Assembly: GCA_039804105.1 (NCBI GenBank)
Contig: JBDRZU010000001.1
Span: 96,001 to 160,000, forward strand
DNA from: a candidate division WOR-3 bacterium
Lineage (GTDB): Bacteria > Hydrothermota > 32-111
Reading direction: 5' to 3'
DNA: 64,000 nucleotides
Shown: positions 10,419 through 20,418 of the stretch, in pieces
How the letters are laid out: each line of letters starts with the position of its first letter
Position numbering within the stretch: position 1 is the stretch's first letter
The notes under the pieces: model-generated
The model's database searches: none
Seen by the model: the letters and a program-made list of their open reading frames with translations, nothing else
What the model was told of the DNA's origin: nothing
Translations under genes and position numbers: made by a program

Positions 10419-12794
10419 TCAATCATTTTTTTCGTTGTTTAAAAGAACTTTTCTTGGTTTTGAACCGTTTGCAGGTCCTATTATTCCATTTTTTTCAAGT
10501 TGTCTTGTGATCTTTGCAGCTCTTGGATATCCCAATTTAAAATACGACTGAATCATACTTGTTGAGATCTCTTTATGTTTTAAAACAAACTCTTTGACCT
10601 GTTCAAACAATGGATCGAGTTCATCATCATCTTGGAAATTACCTTCAAGATTTTGAGAGTTTCTTATATTTTGAGTGTAACCTGATTCTTCTATAGGAAT
10701 ATGATAAACCGTCTGTGTTAAAATCTCTGTCAGTTTTTCTTTTTCGATTTGAAGTTCATCATAGTATTGTTCTACAAACTCTTCTATCCTATACTCACAA
10801 CCCGGAGTGTTTGATGGGTTTGCTATACATTGGATCAGTTCATTTTCGATTATGAGTTTTGCAAGTTTTGAAGGGTCTTTTACCTGTTGTTCAAAAAGTT
10901 TTTTCATGTATGTCTCTGCCCAGAGATTTACAATATTTGTTGCTTCTTCTGTTTTTATGAAAGCACCATGTGCTCTAACGATTATTCCTTTTTGGGGTGG
11001 AATGTAAAGCATATCACCTTTTCCAAGAAGTTTTTCAGCACCAGAGGTATCGATTATCGTTTTTGAATCTGCTTTCGACGGAACCTTGAACGATATTCTT
11101 ACAGGAAAATTGGCTTTAATTGAACCTGTAATGATATTCACAGATGGTCTCTGTGTTGCAAGTATCAGGTGTATTCCAACAGCTCTTGACATCTGTGCTA
11201 ACCTAATAATATGTGTTTCTATTTCTTTTGAACCTGTCATCATCAGATCAGCCATTTCATCTATAATGACTATTATATATGGTTTTTTCTTATCACTTTT
11301 TTTGTTAAATTCGGTTATATCCCTTACTCCAAGTTTTGCAAAAGCTTTGTATCTTAAATCCATCCATTCTGTCAACTCTTTAAGCATCAAAACAGCTTCT
11401 TTTGAATCTGTTATGACAGGTCTTTCGAGATGTGGTATCCCATTGTAAATTGATAACTCTATTCTTTTTGGATCAACCATCAAAAATCTAACCTCTTCAG
11501 GTTGTGCCTTGAACAGTATTGATGCTATTATTCCATTTATGCACACTGATTTTCCACTTCCTGTTGTTCCGGCTATAAGAAGATGTGGCATAGAGGAAAT
11601 TTGAGCGAAGATTGGATTGTTCTCAGTATCTCTTCCTATGACAACTGTTGTTGGATCAGGATTTTCTAAAAATTCTTTTTCAGTTAAAAGACCTTTAAGA
11701 AAAACCGTTACTCTGTTTCTGTTTGGAATTTCGATTCCAACAGCTGATTTCCCGGGTATGTGTCCCAAGACCCTTATTGATTTTGCTTTCATCGCAAGGG
11801 CAAGATCATCTGAAAGTGATGTGATCTTGTTAACTTTGATACCTGGTGCTGGTTCAAACTCATATGTTGTTATAACTGGCCCAACATTGACATTGACGAC
11901 TTTACCATCTACTGAAAAATATTTCAACTTTTCTTCCAGAACTTTTATATTCTGGTTGATCTCTTCTTCATTTGCTCCCTCTTTTATTTTTGGAGGATCT
12001 TCAAGATAATCTAAAAACTCTTTTTTGAATTGATCGTTTAAAAGTTCTTTGTAATCTATCTCCTGTTTTAATTGTGAACTTATCAAAACTTTTTTTCTCT
12101 TCTTTTCTTTTCTCTTATCGTTTTCAACAATCGGCTCTTCTTCCTCCTTATTCCCATCTCCATCATCACTAAAACTCTCCTCAACATCTTCATTATTATA
12201 TGCATCATCTTTATTTTTTGAAATTCTTTGATGCATTCGAGTAACGAATTCGATTATGTATTCAGGATTTGTCAAAAGGACTGTGGAAATGATTAAAACA
12301 AACGATATAATCAGAGTCAAACCTATATTCCCAAAATATTGTGAAAGCTTTGCTGATGTTCTATCTCCCCAAAATCCACTTAGTTCAGGATTATTTATGA
12401 TGTTACCAATTATGATTGGAAGTAGTGTTATCTGTATCACTGAAAGGATTGATGGGAAAAAAATCTTTCTGAAATTTAAAATCAACCCAAGCCCGGAATA
12501 GAGTAAGAATGTTGGCAAAAAGAAAGCAACAACTCCAAAAATCTGAAAAGTTTTTTCAGAAATAAAATAACCGATCAAACCTCCGAGATTCTTTTCCCGG
12601 TTTTCACTTTGAGTGTTATGAATATCATAGTTAAAAAGGGATAAAATTAAAAATAAAGAAATCACGAGAAGAACTATGAATATTATGTAGTTTGATAGTT
12701 TCTTGTTTTCTGAAAGTCCTCTTTTTTTGAATTGAAAAATGATTGTTAGAAGATAAATCGATGTTGATATAAGAAAAAATATTTTAGATAACAT
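10419..12794 (-). CDS. ftsK: DNA translocase FtsK/SpoIIIE
   Basis: N-terminal TM block, HLLIAGTTGSGKS, IIDEMADLM, ATQRPS, GAEKLLGKGDML and a gamma domain (DPLF...LGYPRAAKI). Confidence 0.96.
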   Translation of the reverse strand: MLSKIFFLISTSIYLLTIIFQFKKRGLSENKKLSNYIIFIVLLVISLFLILSLFNYDIHNTQSENREKNLGGLIGYFISEKTFQIFGVVAFFLPTFLLYSGLGLILNFRKIFFPSILSVIQITLLPIIIGNIINNPELSGFWGDRTSAKLSQYFGNIGLTLIISFVLIISTVLLTNPEYIIEFVTRMHQRISKNKDDAYNNEDVEESFSDDGDGNKEEEEPIVENDKRKEKKRKKVLISSQLKQEIDYKELLNDQFKKEFLDYLEDPPKIKEGANEEEINQNIKVLEEKLKYFSVDGKVVNVNVGPVITTYEFEPAPGIKVNKITSLSDDLALAMKAKSIRVLGHIPGKSAVGIEIPNRNRVTVFLKGLLTEKEFLENPDPTTVVIGRDTENNPIFAQISSMPHLLIAGTTGSGKSVCINGIIASILFKAQPEEVRFLMVDPKRIELSIYNGIPHLERPVITDSKEAVLMLKELTEWMDLRYKAFAKLGVRDITEFNKKSDKKKPYIIVIIDEMADLMMTGSKEIETHIIRLAQMSRAVGIHLILATQRPSVNIITGSIKANFPVRISFKVPSKADSKTIIDTSGAEKLLGKGDMLYIPPQKGIIVRAHGAFIKTEEATNIVNLWAETYMKKLFEQQVKDPSKLAKLIIENELIQCIANPSNTPGCEYRIEEFVEQYYDELQIEKEKLTEILTQTVYHIPIEESGYTQNIRNSQNLEGNFQDDDELDPLFEQVKEFVLKHKEISTSMIQSYFKLGYPRAAKITRQLEKNGIIGPANGSKPRKVLLNNEKND

Positions 12795-12800
12795 AAAATA

Positions 12801-12828
12801 ATTCTAACTTCCTTATATCAATTGTCAA
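12801..12828 (-). promoter_or_regulatory. sigma70-type promoter of ftsK (leaderless)
   Basis: Minus strand TTGACA-16nt-TAGAAT, 6 nt before ATG 12794; no SD. Confidence 0.75.
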
Positions 12829-14522
12829 CAGGCAACCTTTTTGTATTCATCAAAAGTGAATCCGATCAATTTTTCCATCATTTTTTTAGAAAAATCAAAT
12901 TTCACATTTGCTATTTGATAGACATTAGATATTTTAAGTGATGAGCCCACCTTTAACGCTGAAAGGTAATCATCTATAGCTTTTTTTGGATTTTCTCTAT
13001 AGTTTATCCACAGTTGTAATGCTCCAAGTTGTGCTATTCCATATTCTATATAATAGAAAGGCATTTCAAAAATGTGTAATTGTTTATGATATGATATTTC
13101 CAGATAATCTTCATAATCTGACCAATCGACAAATTTTTCAGAAAATTCGTTGTAAATATTTTTGAAATATTCCTTTCTTTCAGATGAAGATATATTTTCC
13201 TTTGAGTAAATAAAGTGTTGAAATTTATCGACAACAGCACACCATGGGAAAAAACTTATAATGTTTTCCAGATGTTTTTTCTTCGCCTGTCTTAATGATT
13301 GTTGATCTTTATAGAATATGTCCCATCTATCATATGTCAAAAGTTCCATTCCCATTGATGCAAATTCAGCAATTTCAGATGGAGTACTTTTATAAAAGTA
13401 TGTAAAAAGATCTTTCACAGCCACAGTATGAACCGCATGGCCTGTTTCATGCATGAGTGTTTTCATATCAGAATGTACACCAGAACTGTTCATGAATATA
13501 AAAGGTAGACCTGTTTTGTATAAAGGATAGTTGTATCCACCAGGTGCTTTTCCTTTTCTTGATTCAAGATCTAAATGTTTTTTCTCGACAACTTTTTCAA
13601 AAACTTCTCCAAATCTTTTATCAACAGAGTAGAATACCTTTTTGGATTTTTCTATAAAATCTTCAGTGTTTTCAAATGGTTTTAAAACAACTTCATCTGA
13701 CGATGTAGCAGTTAAATCGTATGGTTTGATTTTATTAAGATTCATCTTTTGTTTCTTCTCTTTTATTATCTCTCCATAAATTGGGGTTACAACCTCTAAA
13801 ACAGAATTATGAAACTCCTCACATTCTTTTATCCCATAGTCAAATCTTTCGAGTTCTCTGAATCTGAGTTCTACATAGTTTTTGAAGTTCGCATTTTTCG
13901 CTTTTTGATTTCTCAACGCAGTTAATTCTGATAAAATGTTTTCTATTTTATCAGCATATTCCATTCTTTTTTTTACAACAGTATCAAAAGCTTCTTTCCT
14001 TTCATCCCTATCTTTGCTCTGTAAAAACAATGCCATCTGAGGAAGGGTGTACTCTTTTCCTCTGAAATTTATAATGATACTACCGATCGTTTGTTGGTAT
14101 TCCATCGTTTTCTTTGTTATCTCTGTGTCTATCTGAATGTTCTCTTTTCTGAATATTTCAACTTCATTTTTAAATCTTTTAATTAAAATTCCCCATTTTG
14201 ACTGATCGAGTTTAGAGAGATATTCACAGTTAACGATCTTCTTTAAAATTTCGAAATTTACCTCTTTCAATTTTGGTTCAATCTGATCGTTGAAAACCAG
14301 AAATCTTTCGCGGTATTCTTTGTTCTGTGTATCTCTCGTCATATTTATATAAGCCCAGCCGTAAGATTCTGAGAGAAATTCAGATATCGAAGAAAAATCT
14401 TCAAGTAATTCTAAAAGGTCATGGTCATTTTTAATTTCTCTGTTCAAAATATCATCATAATATTCTTTTAAATCATCCCATTCTTTTATTTCGAAATTAA
14501 GATTTTTAAAATTTTTTTTCAT
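12825..14522 (-). CDS. M3 family oligoendopeptidase (PepF-like)
   Basis: GKAPGGY, HETGH zinc motif, EIAEFAS, PFYYIEYG. ATG 14522 is preceded by AAGGAG. Confidence 0.93.
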   Translation of the reverse strand: MKKNFKNLNFEIKEWDDLKEYYDDILNREIKNDHDLLELLEDFSSISEFLSESYGWAYINMTRDTQNKEYRERFLVFNDQIEPKLKEVNFEILKKIVNCEYLSKLDQSKWGILIKRFKNEVEIFRKENIQIDTEITKKTMEYQQTIGSIIINFRGKEYTLPQMALFLQSKDRDERKEAFDTVVKKRMEYADKIENILSELTALRNQKAKNANFKNYVELRFRELERFDYGIKECEEFHNSVLEVVTPIYGEIIKEKKQKMNLNKIKPYDLTATSSDEVVLKPFENTEDFIEKSKKVFYSVDKRFGEVFEKVVEKKHLDLESRKGKAPGGYNYPLYKTGLPFIFMNSSGVHSDMKTLMHETGHAVHTVAVKDLFTYFYKSTPSEIAEFASMGMELLTYDRWDIFYKDQQSLRQAKKKHLENIISFFPWCAVVDKFQHFIYSKENISSSERKEYFKNIYNEFSEKFVDWSDYEDYLEISYHKQLHIFEMPFYYIEYGIAQLGALQLWINYRENPKKAIDDYLSALKVGSSLKISNVYQIANVKFDFSKKMMEKLIGFTFDEYKKVAC

Positions 14523-14541
14523 CTTTTTCTCCTTTTTGGAG

Positions 14542-14569
14542 TTGAATTTTTGCAAAATTTTGGTAATCT
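14542..14569 (+). promoter_or_regulatory. sigma70-type promoter of recF operon (leaderless)
   Basis: TTGAAT-16nt-TAATCT with TG extended -10, 6 nt before ATG 14576. Confidence 0.55.
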
Positions 14570-14575
14570 TTGTTA

Positions 14576-15637
14576 ATGATTATTAAAAAGTTAAGTATAG
14601 TTAATTTTAGAAATTTTTCAAGTAAAGTTTTTGCTTTTGATAGAAGAACCATTATCACTGGAATGAATGGTTCAGGGAAGACATCGATTATTGAGGCAAT
14701 ATATTATTTAACAAATTTTAAATCTTTCAGAACTGGTAATGATAAAAAAATTGTAAAGATAGGAGAAGATCATTTTATTATAAACATTGAGGGAGAAAGA
14801 GAAGGTGAAGATTTTACTGTTGGTCTTTTATACAAAGACAACAAAAAAGTTTTATCTTTAAATGGTAATCGATCGCTTAAATTAACTGAGGGTTTTGGGT
14901 TTTTCATTTCTGTAATTTTTTCAACCTATGATAAACTTCTTTCTGACAGAATGGCTATATATAGAAGGAAGTTTATGGATAGGATTATATCAACCATAGA
15001 TAATGAATATTTTGAAAATGTAGTTCAGTATCATTCGATTTTAAAAAGAAAAAATTTTGTTCTTAAAGAGAATGGTGACAAAAGATTGCTTGAAACATAT
15101 TCTTTGCAACTTTCAGAAAAATCTGATTATATTTATGAAAGAAGGATAGAGTTTATTTCATATTTTGAGGATCTTTTGAACAATTTGTATGAAAAAGTTT
15201 TTGAAAAAAAAGGTCTTGTAAAGGTAAGATATTTTTCCTCAAAGGATAATGGAGATTTTAAAAACACCTCTCTTTTTGAAAAATTTAAAACAAACATTTC
15301 ACTTGAAAAAGAAAAAAGAAGAACGATTTTTGGACCACATCTTGATGATATCGTTATAACTGTTGAAGGAAAACCGATAAGTGATTTTGGAAGTGAAGGC
15401 GAAAAAACATTACTGGGTATAACTTTGAAGATTGCTGAGTTAAATCTTATTTACGAAAATATAGGTGAGTATCCAGTTATACTTATTGATGATGCTTTTT
15501 CTGAACTCGATAAAGTTAAAACAAGTAAACTTCTTGAAATTTTTGAGTCCTATCCACAGGTGATAATAACATTCCCCAAAAAGTGGGAAAGTTTAAAAGA
15601 TTACACCCTGATAGATCTTGATAAGGATAAGGCATGA
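14576..15637 (+). CDS. recF: DNA replication/repair protein RecF
   Basis: NFRN, GMNGSGKT, KSFR, GPHLDD, GSEGE and LIDDAFSELD motifs. Confidence 0.92.
   Translation: MIIKKLSIVNFRNFSSKVFAFDRRTIITGMNGSGKTSIIEAIYYLTNFKSFRTGNDKKIVKIGEDHFIINIEGEREGEDFTVGLLYKDNKKVLSLNGNRSLKLTEGFGFFISVIFSTYDKLLSDRMAIYRRKFMDRIISTIDNEYFENVVQYHSILKRKNFVLKENGDKRLLETYSLQLSEKSDYIYERRIEFISYFEDLLNNLYEKVFEKKGLVKVRYFSSKDNGDFKNTSLFEKFKTNISLEKEKRRTIFGPHLDDIVITVEGKPISDFGSEGEKTLLGITLKIAELNLIYENIGEYPVILIDDAFSELDKVKTSKLLEIFESYPQVIITFPKKWESLKDYTLIDLDKDKA
14594..14621 (-). promoter_or_regulatory. Candidate sigma70 promoter for the M3 peptidase, inside the recF 5' end
   Basis: Minus strand TTGAAA (14621-14616)-16nt-TATACT (14599-14594). 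Confidence 0.45.
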
Positions 15638-16188
15638 ATATTTTAACTGTTCTTTTGGTTGCTTTTGGACTTTCTCTTGATGCTTCCGCTGTATCTCTTG
15701 TCTGTGGTTTGAATGAAAAAAGAAACAGATTTCTCCTATCGATAAAACTTGGAACCTTTTTTGGTGTTTTTCAATCGTTGATGTTTATTGTTGGTTATTT
15801 CGTTGGATTCGGATTTTCAATTCTTATAAGTAACTTCGATCACTGGATCGCATTTTTACTTTTACTTTCAGTAGGAGTGAAAATGTTATACGAATCTTTC
15901 AAAAAGGATCAAAAAAAATGTTTTGATACAGATTCAATTTTTGTTCTTTTAACACTTTCCGTAGCAACGAGTATAGATGCTCTTGCTGTTGGAATATCTT
16001 TTGCTTTGTTAAGTTTTGATGTTCTCAAAACAACAGTTTTGATCGGAATCATTACATTTTTTGATTCCATACTGTTTACGATTCTTGGAAGATTTTTCAA
16101 TAAACTTTTAAACAACAAATCAGAACTTGTAGGTGGTTTGATACTTATTGGTATTGGAATAAAAATTTTGTTGGAGCATACTTTATGA
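15634..16188 (+). CDS. mntP: Manganese efflux pump MntP
   Basis: LSLDASAVS, DHWIAF and ATSIDALAVG motifs; multiple TM helices. Confidence 0.92.
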   Translation: MNILTVLLVAFGLSLDASAVSLVCGLNEKRNRFLLSIKLGTFFGVFQSLMFIVGYFVGFGFSILISNFDHWIAFLLLLSVGVKMLYESFKKDQKKCFDTDSIFVLLTLSVATSIDALAVGISFALLSFDVLKTTVLIGIITFFDSILFTILGRFFNKLLNNKSELVGGLILIGIGIKILLEHTL

Positions 16189-16655
16189 AAAATTCTGTTT
16201 ATTACAGATCTCCAATTGGTCTTATACTTATAGAGGAGAATGGTGGAGTTATTACAAAGCTTGATTTTGTTAACAAAAAAAATGTTAAAATTAATACTTG
16301 TAAAAGTGAAGTTTTAAAAAAAATTTTAGAGCAACTTGATCAGTATTTCAAAAAGAAAAGAAAGAAATTTTCAATTAAGGTTTTTTTCAGTGGAACTGAG
16401 TTTCAAAGAAAGGTTTTAAAGAAAACAAGTGAGATACCTTATGGGAAAACTGCTACATATTCGGATATAGCAAAGTTGATTGGGAACCCAAAAGCTGCAA
16501 GGGCTGTTGGAAGTGCTTTAAGACAGAACAAAGTACCAATTATCATTCCATGTCATAGAGTTATTGGTAAAGATGGTGGTTTAAAAGGTTTTGCTGGAAA
16601 AATTAAAGTGAAAGAATTTCTCTTAAAACTTGAAAATCCGGATTTTAAAATATAA
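16185..16655 (+). CDS. ogt: Methylated-DNA--protein-cysteine methyltransferase
   Basis: GTEFQ, IPYG, ARAVG and PCHRV active site. Confidence 0.95.
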   Translation: MKNSVYYRSPIGLILIEENGGVITKLDFVNKKNVKINTCKSEVLKKILEQLDQYFKKKRKKFSIKVFFSGTEFQRKVLKKTSEIPYGKTATYSDIAKLIGNPKAARAVGSALRQNKVPIIIPCHRVIGKDGGLKGFAGKIKVKEFLLKLENPDFKI

Positions 16656-16680
16656 AAATATTTTATTCAAAAGAGGTTTT

Positions 16681-18522
16681 ATGAAATTCAACAAAAATAT
16701 TAGAAATATCGCGATAATTGCTCATGTTGATCATGGTAAAACAACACTTGTTGATTCAATGTTTAAACAGAGTGGAATCTTTAAAGTTAGAGATGGGATT
16801 GAGGAGAGGATAATGGATTCCCTCGATCTTGAAAGGGAGAGGGGGATAACGATAGCAGCAAAAAATTGTGCCATAAATTATAAGGATGTAAAAATAAATA
16901 TAATCGATACTCCAGGCCATGCTGATTTTGGAAGTGAAGTCGAAAGGGCTCTGTTTATGGTTGATGGAGCGATATTACTTGTTGATGCATCTGAAGGTCC
17001 ATTACCTCAAACAAGGTTTGTTTTGAAAAAAGCTCTCGAAAAAAATTTGAAAATCATTGTTGTTATAAACAAAATTGATAGAAAAGATGCAAGGATAAAA
17101 GAAGTTTCTGATGAAATATTTGAACTTTTCATATCATTAGATGCAACAGATGAACAACTCGACTATCCTGTTTTATATGCTATCGGTAGAGATGGAATAG
17201 CAAAAAGAAGAGTCGAGGATGATTCAAAAGATCTTACTCCACTTTTTGAAACCATCTGTAATTATATCCCAGCTCCAATTTACAAAGACGATGAAATATT
17301 CCAGATGCTTGTTTGTGATCTATCATATTCTGATTACCTTGGTAGGTTAGCTATTGGAAAAGTTGTTAACGGAAATGTGAAGAAAAATGATCAACTTGTC
17401 CGTATAAATTCTGAAAAAAATATAATACCTTTAACTGTTACAAAACTTCAGGTTTACGAAGGTAACAGGATAAAAGAAGTTGATAGTGTTGAGAGTGGTG
17501 AAATAATAGTTCTTGCAGGAGTTGATGATGTAAAAATCGGTGATACGATATGCAATAAAGATTTTCCGGAGAGTTTACCTGGAATATTCATCGATGAGCC
17601 AGCAATATCCATGGTTTTTACGGTCAACACTTCACCACTTGCAGGAAGGGAAGGTACGAATGTTCAGTCGGGGAAATTGAGAGAAAGGTTATACAAAGAG
17701 ACATTGAAGAATGTTGGAATCCAGGTTGAAGATGGTATTGAACCAAACACTTTTATAGTGAAAGGAAGAGGTGAACTCCAATTATCCATATTGATAGAGA
17801 GTATGAGGAGAGAGGGATTTGAACTTACAGTTGGAAGACCAAAAGTTATTTTCAAATATAAAGATGGAAAAACTTTTGAACCTATAGAACATATATTCAT
17901 AGACACTGAAGATAAATATGTTGGTATAGTTACAGAAAAATTATCATTAAGAAAAGGTATCATGTACAACCTTTCAACAAATGCTAACGGAAGAGTAAGA
18001 ATCGAGTTTCTGATCCCTTCGAGGGGGCTTATAGGTTATAGATCAGAATTCCTGACAGATACGAGAGGAACAGGTATTATGAATGGCTATCTGAAAGGGT
18101 ATGAAGAGTATAAAGGAGATATACCATCAAGAACAACAGGATCACTCGTTTCGGAAAATGAAGGAAGGGCTGTTGCTTACGCTTTATCTTATCTTGAAGA
18201 GAGAGGGCGACTTTTTATAGTTCCAAATGATCCTGTTTATGAAGGAATGATAATAGGGGAACACAGTAAAGAGAATGACCTTAATGTTAATCCAACAAAG
18301 GAAAAAAGATTATCAAATATGAGATCTGTTTCAAAGGATGATTCCATAATTTTAACACCTGTGATTCCGATGACATTGGAAAAGGCGATGGAATTCATAA
18401 AAGATGACGAGATGATTGAAGTGACACCGAAGTCGATACGTTTGAGGAAAAAGATTTTATCATCACTTGAAAGAAAAAGGTTAAGAGGAGATAAGAGGGA
18501 AGAATATGGAGATGATTTATAA
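16681..18522 (+). CDS. typA: Translational GTPase TypA/BipA
   Basis: IRNIAIIAHVDHGKTTLVD, DTPGHADFG, GRGELQL, EVTPKSIRLRK. ATG 16681 follows AGAGG. Confidence 0.97.
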   Translation: MKFNKNIRNIAIIAHVDHGKTTLVDSMFKQSGIFKVRDGIEERIMDSLDLERERGITIAAKNCAINYKDVKINIIDTPGHADFGSEVERALFMVDGAILLVDASEGPLPQTRFVLKKALEKNLKIIVVINKIDRKDARIKEVSDEIFELFISLDATDEQLDYPVLYAIGRDGIAKRRVEDDSKDLTPLFETICNYIPAPIYKDDEIFQMLVCDLSYSDYLGRLAIGKVVNGNVKKNDQLVRINSEKNIIPLTVTKLQVYEGNRIKEVDSVESGEIIVLAGVDDVKIGDTICNKDFPESLPGIFIDEPAISMVFTVNTSPLAGREGTNVQSGKLRERLYKETLKNVGIQVEDGIEPNTFIVKGRGELQLSILIESMRREGFELTVGRPKVIFKYKDGKTFEPIEHIFIDTEDKYVGIVTEKLSLRKGIMYNLSTNANGRVRIEFLIPSRGLIGYRSEFLTDTRGTGIMNGYLKGYEEYKGDIPSRTTGSLVSENEGRAVAYALSYLEERGRLFIVPNDPVYEGMIIGEHSKENDLNVNPTKEKRLSNMRSVSKDDSIILTPVIPMTLEKAMEFIKDDEMIEVTPKSIRLRKKILSSLERKRLRGDKREEYGDDL

Positions 18523-18539
18523 AGTTATTTTAAAAATTC

Positions 18540-18568
18540 TTGACTGTTTATGTTAATTTAAATATAAT
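18540..18568 (+). promoter_or_regulatory. sigma70-type promoter of the long DJ-1..ptb gene run (leaderless or near-leaderless)
   Basis: TTGACT-17nt-TATAAT, 8 nt before ATG 18577; no SD. Confidence 0.75.
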
Positions 18569-18576
18569 TAATTTTT

Positions 18577-19197
18577 ATGAAAAAATTAAATTTAATCATA
18601 ACTTTGATTTCTATTTTTATAAAATTATTTGCATTAACTGGATCAAAGATTGATAATTCAGTTGGTGCCATATATATTCCCCAAAAAATGTTTTCATATG
18701 TTGATTATTTTAAATTCACCTCAACTTTTGATTCTTTGAATTTGAATTATTTTACTTTTTCCAGCGAAATGGACACTTGTATTTCAGAAACATTTGAAAA
18801 AATAGTCCCCCACATTTCAATTGACTCAATAAAAATTTCAGATTTTGATTATCTTATTATACTTGGCGGTAAAGGAATTTTAAACGAACTTGAAAACAAG
18901 AAACTTTTAAAACTTATAAAAGAGTGTGATCAGAATAAAAAATTTATCATAGCCATAGGTTTTGCTCCAGTTTTGCTTGTAAAAGCGAATGTTACAGATG
19001 GGAAGTATGTAACGATGACAGACACCTATGTTTTGTATGAAAAAGTGAAGGATAAAAAATTTAAGTATATTGATAGAGATATAGTTTCATCTAAAAATCT
19101 TATAACAACGCAGACAAACAATAACCTTGATCTTCTGATCAAAAAATTTTTTGAGATTTACAATGGTACTTTTGATTCAAAGAGTTCTGGAAAGTAA
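18577..19197 (+). CDS. Exported DJ-1/PfpI family protein lacking the catalytic Cys
   Basis: Signal peptide; DFDYLIILGG, IIAIGFAPVLL (Cys position is Gly), NLITT. Confidence 0.75.
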   Translation: MKKLNLIITLISIFIKLFALTGSKIDNSVGAIYIPQKMFSYVDYFKFTSTFDSLNLNYFTFSSEMDTCISETFEKIVPHISIDSIKISDFDYLIILGGKGILNELENKKLLKLIKECDQNKKFIIAIGFAPVLLVKANVTDGKYVTMTDTYVLYEKVKDKKFKYIDRDIVSSKNLITTQTNNNLDLLIKKFFEIYNGTFDSKSSGK

Positions 19198-19603
19198 AAT
19201 TTTTGTAGAAGAGAAACTTTTTTCATCAACAGGTAGAGGTCTTTTGATTTTTGTATGTTTTAAAAAGGATGATTTGAAAAATCAACCTGATTTTGATAAA
19301 GTGGTGAAAAAGGTTTTAAATTTTCGAATTTTTGAAGATGAAAACAGAAAATTTAATAGATCGATCGAGGATGTAAAAGGAGAGATCATGCTTGTCTCAC
19401 AGTTTACACTTGTGAGTAGAAATTTTGATGGAAACAGACCATCTTTTGATGATTCTCTTGGATACGAAGAAGCAAAGATTCTGTTTGAAAAAATGTATGA
19501 AAAATTTAAAGAGAAGATAAAAACTGAAAAGGGAAGTTTTGGTGAATACATGAGGGTCCATCTTATAAATGATGGGCCAGCGACATTTATTCTGGAGTTC
19601 TGA
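19163..19603 (+). CDS. dtd: D-aminoacyl-tRNA deacylase
   Basis: IQRV, LVSQFTL, GNRPSF and NDGP motifs. Confidence 0.95.
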   Translation: MVLLIQRVLESKIFVEEKLFSSTGRGLLIFVCFKKDDLKNQPDFDKVVKKVLNFRIFEDENRKFNRSIEDVKGEIMLVSQFTLVSRNFDGNRPSFDDSLGYEEAKILFEKMYEKFKEKIKTEKGSFGEYMRVHLINDGPATFILEF

Positions 19604-20418
19604 TGAAGAGTATGACAGGTTATGTTAAACTTTCAAAAAGTATAAAAGGTTATGGGAGTGTTACCTGTGAGATAAGGTCTGTTAACGGGAAGGGACTGAA
19701 TACAACTTTTAAATTACCTTATGAACTATCGACACTTGAAAATGACCTTAGAAAAATAATTTCAAAGAAGATTAAAAAAGGAAACATTTCAGTGAATTTT
19801 TTTGTTAACTATTCAAGTGATTATATTCAAAATTTTGTTGAAACAAGAATCAAATCCCTTGAAAAGGTTATGGGAATGGAGAAATATGAAAAATTTTTGC
19901 CTCTTGTGTACTCCGATGTATCAAATTATATTCCACTTGTAAAAAAGGTTGAAAGGGATACACTCCTTTCCATTGTAAAACTTTTTAAACTTTCACTTTC
20001 ATCATTTATAAAATATAGAGAGGAAGAGGGAATGGAGATAAAAAAGATAATCCATCAGTATATAAAGATTTTGAATTCAAATATAAATTCGATTAAAAAC
20101 CTTTCAAAAAATATTGTAAAAGAAAAAAAAGAAAAACTGAAAAAACTTCTCGGTGAATATAATGAACAGTTAAAAAATGAGTTGATACTTTACGCTGACA
20201 AAGTTGATATAACAGAGGAGATAGATAGATTTAAAATTCATCTCAGGAGATTGAAAAAGGAAGAATCCGGTTCATCCATCACATTTGTTTTACAGGAATT
20301 ACAAAGGGAAGCGAATACGATTTCGTCTAAGTCAGAGGATGTAAGAATTATCGAAAAGGTTATAATAATAAAAGAGATAATTGAAAAGATGAAAGAGCAG
20401 GTAGCGAATGTTGAGTAA
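19603..20418 (+). CDS. yicC: YicC/YloC family endoribonuclease
   Basis: MKSMTGY, EIRSVN, DITEEIDR, QELQREANTISSK, KEQVANVE; lies upstream of gmk. Confidence 0.92.
   Translation: MKSMTGYVKLSKSIKGYGSVTCEIRSVNGKGLNTTFKLPYELSTLENDLRKIISKKIKKGNISVNFFVNYSSDYIQNFVETRIKSLEKVMGMEKYEKFLPLVYSDVSNYIPLVKKVERDTLLSIVKLFKLSLSSFIKYREEEGMEIKKIIHQYIKILNSNINSIKNLSKNIVKEKKEKLKKLLGEYNEQLKNELILYADKVDITEEIDRFKIHLRRLKKEESGSSITFVLQELQREANTISSKSEDVRIIEKVIIIKEIIEKMKEQVANVE

Noticed and set aside
18531..18560. TTATGTTAATT resembles the XerD arm of a dif site
   Set aside because: No XerC-like arm at the right spacing; the sequence is explained as a promoter spacer.
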